A stretch of 64,000 nt of DNA, from positions 40,424,001 to 40,488,000 of the forward strand of contig OX597830.1 of NCBI GenBank assembly GCA_951406725.2. Reading direction: 5' to 3'. The DNA is from Octopus vulgaris (taxonomy: Eukaryota). Of this stretch, positions 54,187-64,000 are shown one piece after another. Both the position numbers and the translations under genes were made by a program. The notes beneath the pieces are model-generated. The model worked only from the letters and a program-made list of their open reading frames with translations. It searched no databases and was not told where the DNA came from. Each line of letters opens with the position of its first letter. The first letter of the stretch is position 1.

Positions 54187-56437
54187 CTGAATCAACCATC
54201 CATGAGGTAATTGTCATCGGAGTATCAGAAGATGTGGTAGATCTACAGGCATTTACTGGCAACACATCTAAGGACCTAAGCTGTGTTCCTCTAAAAAGTG
54301 CTTTCTGCCTTGGCCGACCAGGATCCAACCCTGACTGATTAGGCTATTGTTTTCAAACTCTACTGAGGTGTGGGCATACCATCTAGCCGCTGATAGGGCT
54401 CGGTACGAAAACAGAATTACCTTTCGGACACGTCCTGGCCTACCGCCTGATGTACACCAAAAGCTAAGATCTGTAGCTTCCCTAAATCGCAATGCTGTGG
54501 CACAGGAAAGCTTTAGGCTACGCTATGATGGGCAAATATGGAAATTTGTCAAGTCTGGTGAGTCATGGATAAGGGATATCAGTTGGTCTGAGCATACTGC
54601 ACCCACAATAACTGGCAATACGAAAATCATGGGAAACTAAACAAGAACAATCAGTCATCTCCTGTATATCATCGTCATCTGAAATCCAGATAAACTGTTG
54701 TCCTTAAATGCCCATAGTTTATGCAATAAGGTACATATTTTTGACTCTTATGTCAAAAGTATCGACCCGGATTTCACAACAGTCATGGAAACATGGGCAC
54801 ATTCTGCACTCTGTGATGGGGTTTTCAGCATAGCCGGCTACAACCTGTTCTACAAAGACTGCATTAATCACCATGGTGAGGGTGTGATGGTCTATGTTCG
54901 TTCAAATCTATCAGCAATTTCTTGTAATGATTTGAACCAATCTCAACAGGAAGTATTTTTCTGCAATATACACATGACCATGTCAATTCTTTTACTTGGA
55001 GTTGTTTACTGCCTCACCAAATTATCATCAAGACACACACTTTTTGATATCCTCAGAGTTGCTGCCATGAAAACCGCCACTTATGTTTATATTGCAGGGA
55101 ACTTCAATTTCCCTGAGATTGACTGGGAGGCCTTCCGTTGGCCGCAAAGTGCTGAATTCAAATTGGTCCCAAGTTGTTACCTTCTCCACAAGGGGTAACA
55201 ATACTTTGGATCTGCTATTTACTGCTTCTCCTGAAACAATCATTAGTGTCACTACCGAAGAACCTTTAGGTGACTCTGATCATTCCATGGTCATGGCCGA
55301 CTTGCCGATGATTGGTTGTAACAAAAACCACAACCATCTTCAAACTGCCCGCTTCAACTGGAATAAAGCAGACTGGAACTCTTATTGTACCAAGCTGCGA
55401 CACCCAAACTGGCTCGAATTTTATGCCTCTGGAGATGTGAACACTATACTTCAAGACATTCTGAATTCAATATGGATGGCATGTGCAGCATCGGTGCCAC
55501 ACAAGCACAAAAACCACCCAATAGTGTAATTTGGGAGACTGCAGCAGTCCAACTTGCTAGGAAAGGACGCCATAATGCTGAACAGGAATGCAAAATGCAC
55601 AAATCAGAGATCAACAGGAAAAAGTGCAATAGATCATCCAACTGTCTCAAGCAGGTGACAAAAAAGGCAGTGCTTGAATTCGAACAGTGCATAGCAACCA
55701 ACCCTGACAGCAAAGTGTTCTGGAAGTATGTACATTCAAAGCAGAGACCTCACTTTCCAGTTGGCCCCCTTTGCAATCCCCACACAGGCCAGATTACTGA
55801 CAATCCCAAAGAATGTGCAGAAATCATTGCTGGATGCTATGCAGGCATCTTTACTGTCGAAGATCAAAATGTTCCGTCTCCATCACCTCTGACACTGGAT
55901 GCTATAACTACTATGAAATTTACACCAGCAATGCTACAATGCCACCTTAAAAATAAATGTAGCTATGCCTCTCCTGGTCTCGATGGTGTTACATACCTAC
56001 TTCTCAAACGCAGTGGGTACTTTCTTCTAAACTAACTCTCACTATAAAATTATTAACCATCTTACTAACAATAACTTTGAGCACCTTTTCAAACTCCACC
56101 TGTCTAACACCCATGGACATGTTTACAAAGTCAGAAAACAGCACAGCTCCCATGACTTTCAGAAACATTTTTTCACGCTAAGAGTTGCTGAAGCATGGAA
56201 CAAACTGCCAGCATCAGTTGTTGGTTGTCGGAGCACTGCATCCTTCAAAACTTCCATGCTTCCTGAGATTCGCCAACACTACACCTGATTTTCTCCCCTC
56301 CATACACACACAAGCATTTTTCTGACTCATACACTGTTCACTTCCCAGACATTTGTACATTACTGCATTGGCTTTATACGCACATTTGACAAGTTGTGGT
56401 GCACCTGAGCACTGTATACAATAATTTCATTATTATT
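54187..56437 (+). mobile_element. CR1-like LINE: ORF1 end, APE endonuclease, RT deleted, intact 3' end with (ATT)n
   Basis: LNAHSL..K, VMETW, GVMVYVR, IAGNFNFP, NTLDLLFT, LGDSDH, KVFWKYV, SPGLDG. Jumps at ~56042 to YKII...THGH.YK...FFTLRVAEAWNKLP...FK. Confidence 0.88.
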
Positions 56438-56445
56438 TATTTTAT

Positions 56446-56670
56446 AAAAAATATATTCAAATAAATACATTACAAAAACACCAGGACTTACAAGTATATA
56501 AAACATACAGAAAATTGCACTACTGGACACCGCACACAGCCTATGTAAAACACTTTCAATACAATGAAAATAAGAGCACAACAAACCACAGCACATACCC
56601 AAGGCACACAGAGCTGCACTTGGTAATGCAGTGAAAGTACATGAGAAAAATAAAACTTCTGAATAATAAT
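56446..56670 (+). mobile_element. R4/Dong-clade 3' fragment
   Basis: KYITKTPGLTSI*NIQKIALLDTAHSLCKTLSIQ*, short UTR, ends in aataataat. Confidence 0.65.
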
Positions 56671-56969
56671 GATGATGATGATGATGATGATTTCTTAGTC
56701 AATTCTACTAGAGGTACAAGGGCCTGAAATTTTGGGGGAGGGGGATAGTAAATTACATCAACCCCGGTATTTCACTGGTACTTATTTCATCGACCCTAAA
56801 AGTATAAAAGGCAAAGTCAACCTCAGTGGAATTTGAACTCAGAACATGAAGATGGACGAAATGCTGCCAAGCATTTTGTCCAATGCGGTAACAATTCTAT
56901 CAACTCACCATCTTTAATGATGATGATGATGATGATAGTAGTAGTAGTAATAATAATAATTCCTTGTTG

Positions 56970-57500
56970 CAGTGCCAGGCAGTGGATCTCGCGGCTTCTG
57001 ATCTTAACTGATTGGAAGTGTTATTATGTACATTGTTTTGTCGTGGTATAAACAAATAGTCTCCTCAGTACTTCAGACTTGCTTGTCAGTTGCTTGACTT
57101 TAACCAGTTGAGCATATCCCTTGGTGTCTGATGATATGTGCATCTCTGATCACAAGCAGAAATAGTGGGGGAGTATCATGGCCATGCGTTGAGAGGAATT
57201 CTGTAGGGTTTGAATAATTCACCTCTGGAAATATGTGTCTTTTGTTCATCATTCTCAAACAACCCTTATTCAGGGACCTTTTGAGCAGGACGGGCGACTC
57301 AACCTGAAAAAAACTCCAACTGGGCTCCACATGCAAGGTCATGCACTGTTTATTTTGATATGAGATCACCATGTCATGCACATATGGTTGTGATGCATGT
57401 GGCTGGTGTACCCTTATCAAATGGGCAGTCATGATGGGTATACTGGGCTTCATATATTTTACCCCAGTGTCACTTTGATGGCATGAGCTGCCCTCTCACT
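56970..57500 (+). mobile_element. Unclassified ~530 bp interspersed element ending in (AAT)n
   Basis: GC-richer block with sharp boundaries, flanked by AAT repeats. Single copy here, so family not verifiable. Confidence 0.4.
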
Positions 57501-57517
57501 CAATAATAACAATAATA

Positions 57518-57885
57518 AGAAGAAAGGAATGCAAAAAGCTTTCCCACTATAAAGATCCGCAAATTGAAATCACAAAAATGTGGAACCTTAGTACTACAAT
57601 AATACCAGTAGTAATTGGTGTGTTGGGAATGATAAAGAAGGGAGCTGAGAAGTATATTAAGCAACTCCCTGGTAACTCCTATCTCCATGAACTACAAAAG
57701 ATAACCTTGATGGATACAGCCCATATACTACAGAAAGCACTCACTATCTAAAATAGAATAAATGTGGTGATAGTTTTAGCCTGCATAGCAAAACAAAAGT
57801 TCCCTTGCTACTCTTGGCCTCTGGAGGATGCCCAGTACTAAGGCAGCAGTTATCATGAAAGGAAACCATGAATAATAATAATAAT
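57518..57885 (+). mobile_element. R4/Dong-clade 3' fragment
   Basis: KLSHYKDPQIEITKMWNLSTTIIPVVIGVLGMIKKGAEKYIKQLPG...LQKITLMDTAHILQKALTI*. (AAT)n on both sides. Confidence 0.78.
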
Positions 57886-59011
57886 GATGATGAGGATGAG
57901 GATGAGGAGGGGGAGGAGGAGGAGGATCCTTTCTGCTATAGGGACAAGACCTAAACCTTTCTACTTCCGTAGATGTTGTGGGAAAGGTCGTTGGAGTAGA
58001 GGTCAGTCTAATAGAGGAAAGTGTAGTAGAAGACAAAAAAAAGAAAAAAAAACATAGAGAAACAGAGCATCAGTAAATCAATGGGGGGGGGGGTGCTTTC
58101 AGTAGGGGTAGCAGGGGGAGAATTGAACCTATGACTGCAAGCTAGCAAATCATTAATTTGACAATATGCTTGACCATAGTAGTTGGAGCCAGGGGAGGGG
58201 GTCGTTTTTTTTGTTTGCTTTGCTTTATTTTTATTTTTGTCTATTTTTTTTTTTTTATATATATCCTTAATTGGATGGCTATCATTACCACCACCACCAC
58301 CACCACCACCACCAAAACTGATTACTGACCATTATTCTTGACCATGTTGCTCCACCACCTTTCCACAGATTACTTTTATGGTAAAAGAGATCCTATTGGG
58401 TAAATCAATGACAGTTATTTGGTTGGTTAGTTGGTTTGGTGATGGTGGTAATGGTGGTGTTGGCAATGTTGTTGTTGTTGTTGTTGTTGTTCCTGCTGCT
58501 GCTGCTGCTGCCACTACTGTTGCACTTATTGTTGTCAATTCAATTAACATTAATTGCCTTAAAAGGTTGATGCATATATAATGATGGTGGTGATGGTGAT
58601 GTTGACATGGATTGTAGTGGTGGTGGCAGTAGGTGTACCCCATCACCACCACCACCACTAACACCATAGTCATCATCATCATCATCATCATAGATATAGT
58701 GATGCTGCAACAGCAGGGATGGTAATGGTGACAACAGCAGCAGTGATTCCAGAGGTGACCTTTCTGCTACTGATCATAGCTCTTGGTAACAGTGTTAGTA
58801 GCAACGGTGGTGGTGGTAGTGGTGTTGGTGGTGGTGGCAGCGGTGGTGATCATGGTGGTGATGGTAGTGGTGGTGGTGGTGGTGGTGCCAAAGTCAGTGA
58901 TGCTAATACATGATTGTTTGTTGTTGTTGTTGCTGTTGTTGCTGTTTAGCCCCAAGTCAGTCTTAATCAAGCAAACTCATGATGAAAGGCATTCCAGCTT
59001 TGATCATCCTG

Positions 59012-59044
<33 letters not shown>

Positions 59045-60068
59045 ATTTTTTTTTTGTTTTGTTGTTTTTAGTTATCAAGCTCAACATTATCTAATGTATC
59101 CTTTAATTCTTTTTTCCAAGACTTGGGAGGAAATTTGGCTGCTATTTTTAAGATTAGGCATTGATGTGTTGATTAGCACCTGGTCAGCAATGACCCAGCA
59201 GATCTATGATCAAATGGATTTCGGCCATGGCCATCCTGTCTTTATTTAGATGGTGTATCTAAGATGAAGTTATCTAATCTGTCCTACCTTTTTAAAAAGA
59301 CAGCAGGGTTGTGATTTGAGGGAGATTCGGCTGAGAGTTCTAGCAGGTCAAATAGGCCATAGAAAGGCTCCTTTAGTGGTAGCATCTTTTGAAGACACTC
59401 AATCATGTAAAATATTCCATGCTAATCAACTCTACACTCCTCAGAGCATACAAATAGTTTCATCTAGTAGCACACATTTTTTAACTATGTTTTTGTGTGT
59501 GAGTGTGTGTGTGTGTCTTTCTCTCTGTTTCTCTCTGTTTCTCTCTGTCTCTGTCTGTCTGTCTGTCTCTGTCTCTCTGTCTCTCTCTCACACACACACA
59601 ATACAGAAGAGAAGTGAAATACGGTTAGTTTCATAAAACACAGATAAATGCCAATTTGAGAGTTCAAGTTGTTCAGAGACCCCTTGGTGTTAATAATCCT
59701 TTCTATTATAAGCATAAGGTCTGGAATTTTGGTGAAGGGAACCAGTTAATTACACCAGCCCGAGTTTTTCACTGGTACTTATTTCATTGACCCCCAAATG
59801 GATGACAGGCAAAGTCAACCTCAGCAGAATTTGAACTCAGACCATAAAGACAGGAGAAATTCCGCTAAGTATTTTGCCCTGCATGCTTAAAAACTCTTCC
59901 AGCTAGCCACCTTCCTTGGTGTTAATAATAATAAGGTCATCTGCTACATGACAAAGACGTGGGTCAACTTCCATAGGTTGTTCTTGTCATTATTTTTTCT
60001 GTCTGATGATGTAATTCTAAAGGTGTAATTCAACTTTATATTGTATTATAAAAATCTTAACCATGACA

Positions 60069-60428
60069 CACAGGAGTGGCTGTGTGGTAAGTAGCTTGCT
60101 TACCAACCACATGGTTCTGGGTTCAGTCCCACTGTGTGACACCTTAGGAAAGTGTCTTCTACTATAGCCTAGGGCCAACCAAAGCCTTGTGAGTGGATTT
60201 AGTAGACGGAAACTGAAAGAAGCCCGTCGTATATGTGTATATGTGTGTCTGTGTTTGTCCCCCCAACATCGCTTGACAACCGATGCTGGTTTGTTTACAT
60301 CCCCATAACTTAGCAAAAGTGACCCATAGGCTTACAAAGAATAAGTCCTGGGGTCGATTTGCTTAACTAAAAGTGGTGCTCCAGCATGGCCGCAGTCAAA
60401 TGACTGAAACAAGTAAAAGAGTAAAGAG
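60069..60428 (+). mobile_element. SINE family A
   Basis: Consensus match. Confidence 0.85.
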
Positions 60429-60756
60429 TATAAATAATGAAACACAGAGGAGGTGAGAGTAAACCTAGACATAAGAAGAATCAATTGTAGTATGCTAGTG
60501 TGACAGCTATGCTTGAATGGACATGTAATGCATACTAATTGTGAGTCATGGAAGAGGAGGACCAACAAAGAGATGGGCAAAAGTGGTGAAGGCTGACCTG
60601 AGGAAGCTGAACCTTAACAGATGATAAAGGAACATAAAAGGTAGGATATTATGCTGAAGAGGACTCCTCTATCCCATGCAAGCAAGTATAGAAAAACATG
60701 TAAAAAGAATGCTGCTGCTACTACTCCTACTACTGTTACTACTCCTACTACTACTG

Positions 60757-60819
<63 letters not shown>

Positions 60820-61069
60820 AAATACTACTACTACTACTGCTGCTGCTAAATCATCATCATCATTTAACTTCCACCTTTTCATGCTTGCATGGGTCAGATG
60901 GAATGTGTTGAAGCAGATTTTTCTATGGTCAGGTGCCCTGCCTATTGCCAACCCAGGCAAGGTAATATTTCCTCATGGCCAGACATGTTTTTTTTTTTTA
61001 TGGAGGCCATCAAAAACATTAAAAAAATTATAGGAAGAGAAATGGTATATGATATAACCTACCATGCAA

Positions 61070-61420
61070 CATAAATATATAATAAAAACCAGTGTTGCAA
61101 AACTACCTAAACAGCAAATATAACCTGAACAACAAAATAATTTTACCAGAGCACTCTTTCAAAAGTTGCCCATACCAGTACAAATGTTCATTCTATTATT
61201 ACCATTGAGAAAATACCACAACATTTTCAAAGTATCTTAGGGAATCTGAAGGCAAAGGGGAGATAACCTATATCTCATGAGTAATGATGGATCAAGCACA
61301 GATTTTTACGAATCAGTAAAACTGCTGCAACCAATGTCTTACAGAGAAACTTTACATCCTAACATTTAAAAAAGTAAAGCAACTTAATTTGAACTAGCAG
61401 ACCTACACCCAAATTCTTAA
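61070..61420 (+). pseudogene. Highly decayed Penelope GIY-YIG C-terminal remnant
   Basis: Fragments EHSFK, ENTTTFSKYL, CNQCLTEKLYILTF, resembling PLE endonuclease C-termini. Many frameshifts. Confidence 0.45.
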
Positions 61421-61854
61421 TTGGGAAGAATACTTTCGTAGTGCCTGACAAATAATAACTGAAGATTGACACCACTTACAATTCTTTCAAGTATTCCATT
61501 TCTTCCCTTTCCAACCTGTTCAGATAAAGAGTTGTGTTGACAAAATCATGATTTGTGTAAGTAATCCCACTTTATCGCACATAAATAAACACACACACAC
61601 ACATACACATAAAGCATCCACATCATTTTATATACATGTGATACTGCTGCACAAGGTCTCATCTGACCTATGTCTGGATGGAAAGAAGACACTCAGCAGT
61701 GGTTTGACATGTGAAGACGGAGAAAGAGAAAGACAGTTGCTTATCTTAAAAATAGGAAATGGTTAGCGTTTAGAAGAGCAGCCTGCCGTAGGATACTGCC
61801 TCAAGGGCCTTTGTCCAATCCATGCCAGGATGAAAAGAAGCAGACGTAAAAGCC

Positions 61855-62100
61855 ATGATGATGACGATGACAGCAGCAATAACAATGACAACAATAATCA
61901 TGATGAAGATGATGAAGACGACAACGACAATGATGATGATCAGGATGATGACAATGACAATGATGATGATGGTGATGACGATGACGACAATGATGATGAC
62001 CATGATGATGATGATGACAATGATCATGACGACGATGATGATGATGACAATGATGAAAATGATGATGATGATGATGATGACAACGATGATGATGATGATA
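61855..62100. repeat. (GAT/GAC/AAT)n compound trinucleotide repeat
   Basis: Direct reading; tail of a family C copy. Confidence 0.9.
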
Positions 62101-63053
62101 TACTTTTCAAGCTTCAATTCATTTGGGAAGCTATTTGATCCGTTATCGCATATTGAAATTTGAAATAAGTGCATCATGATTGAATCACGGAAGCCATTCA
62201 AAACACCTTTATATTGTAATAGTATATTACATACTATTATACAGTACTATTGTCATATATCATATAGTATTATATAGTATTGCAATAGTATATTATACAC
62301 TATTAAGTATGAAAGTCTTTTGTCACACATCTACAACCTGATCGCTCATACTCTCCTCCTCTCTACATCTCAGCAATGATTCCACAGTGAAATATAGAGT
62401 CATTGACCAGGTCATTCACATACGATGAAAGACTTCGATACTCAATAAAACAGAATACAAAAGTGAATATAATGGAATATATTGTGTGTTTTAAATAGCT
62501 GCCACGACTCTACGACGATGTAATTGATAATTTGTCATTATCAGCTACAAGTCAGGCATTTAGGTTGAAGAAATGGAATTGTCATTAACTGAAGCCATTA
62601 AAAAAAGAATTACCTTTGTAAAAAGAACTTGGTTGTAATATAAAAATGGCTAATGGTATTTCCAAATCTAACAACAACAACAACAAAAACAGCAGTAGCA
62701 GCAGTAGCAGCAGCAACAAACAAACAAGCAAGCAATAACAGCAAAAAGAAAATGAAACCAAAAGAAAGGTGGAGAGGATGAAAGGAAGGAAGGAAGGAAG
62801 GAAGAGAGATTCAACCGAATTAGTAGTTGTAATACTTCCTAATTCCTCTGTCAACACCAAACTCAATTGGCTGGTGATTATAGCAAGGCAATTAACACTG
62901 AAGAATGGAGAATGTGCTAGTGGAACAGAATCACGATGATGATGATGATGATGGTGGTGGTGATGGTGGTGGTGGTGGTGGTGGTGGTGATGACAATGAT
63001 GATTATGATGATGGTGATGAAAATGAATATAACAATAACAATTATGATTTATT

Positions 63054-63104
<51 letters not shown>

Positions 63105-63109
63105 TAATA

Positions 63110-64000
63110 ATAAGAGCACTCAGGGAGCACAAACCTCTGCCAAGGCAACACCAACGTCCTCTCAATGATTAGCTAGAGATCATTTTTAAAATGAGGATAT
63201 CTGAAATAAATTCGACTGCTCTCACAAACAAAAATGAACCTGACTGCTCTCAAAAATTAAGTAAAAAAACCGGAAAAATAATCCAGAATCCCTGTCCAGC
63301 ACCTGATCGATCCCAATGGTAGTCATGGAATGTGAAGGTGGGTGTTCAGGCTTTGTTTGTAATGCTGTGTGTTTGTCATCTGCAGTGAGAACAGGGACAG
63401 TTTTCTCCATGAAAGCCTTTTTTAGTCCACTGATATAGTGTCTTTATGACTATTAGGGTCTGTAGTGAAAAATTTATCCGTGCATGAAAGAAAACGGAAA
63501 GACCTGCATATGGTGCTGTTAACAGAGGTTTAACAACATCGTTGCACATAAAAATATGAGTCCAAGAAGTAAAGCTCCCTTCAAAGTAGAGCTAGAAATG
63601 CAATTGTCAAGTAGGTCAGAGGTTTTGAACAGGAATGATATATTCAAAATAGGTAAAACCAAAAATTGTCAAGGATAAATCAAATTTATTTTTGTTACTG
63701 AATATGTTAGTGGTATTTAATTTCTGTAGTTTTGCTGCCGTTTGTTTATATTTCTATGAAGATAGAGATGTGAGTAAAATTAATAATAGAGAAACGAAAA
63801 CAAAACTTTGGAAACAGCAATGCCACCATAGCTTATGGGGAAACCATGAGCATGCTTTCAAGGGAGATAATCATAAAGAAAGACTTGAAAGTCAACGTAA
63901 GATTGTAATACTTCATGTAAAGTAAAGTAAATATAACAAAAAATAATTCAGAACCCTTGCCCAGTACTGGATCGATCCCAAAATCTAATCAGTTCATGCC
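63110..64000 (+). mobile_element. Helentron/HINE-like non-autonomous element, interrupted and running off the window
   Basis: Starts agagcactcagggagcacaaacctctgccaaggc (acctccgccaagg-like motif). 43-bp segment duplicated at 63274-63316 and 63939-63981. Confidence 0.4.

Overview
This is AT-rich, microsatellite-saturated eukaryotic genomic DNA. The SINE repertoire and SSR density suggest an octopus/cephalopod (inference). Almost all ORFs in the supplied track are microsatellite or SINE artefacts. The only host gene I can support is AARSD1 (AlaX-type alanyl-tRNA editing protein) on the minus strand. Two coding exons (33752-33611 and 8688-8631) splice in frame across a 24.9 kb GT-AG intron and rebuild the HxxxH motif (QQHSG|QHL), so the rest of the window is probably intron. 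It holds many tRNA-derived SINEs, decayed LINEs (R4/Dong, RTE, CR1-like), Penelope GIY-YIG remnants, a MULE, mariner/maT fossils and TTAA-type MITEs. The most notable signal is a set of at least four unrelated short non-coding elements carrying minimal type I hammerhead ribozyme motifs (CUGANGA-stem II-GAAAC-short/palindromic stem III-GUH-stem I). These typically have a Penelope-like inverted terminal duplication. One is a composite tRNA-head + (AAT)n + hammerhead-tail element with a target-site duplication, i.e. a candidate Penelope-mobilised ribozyme SINE. Repeat boundaries are approximate and read by eye.
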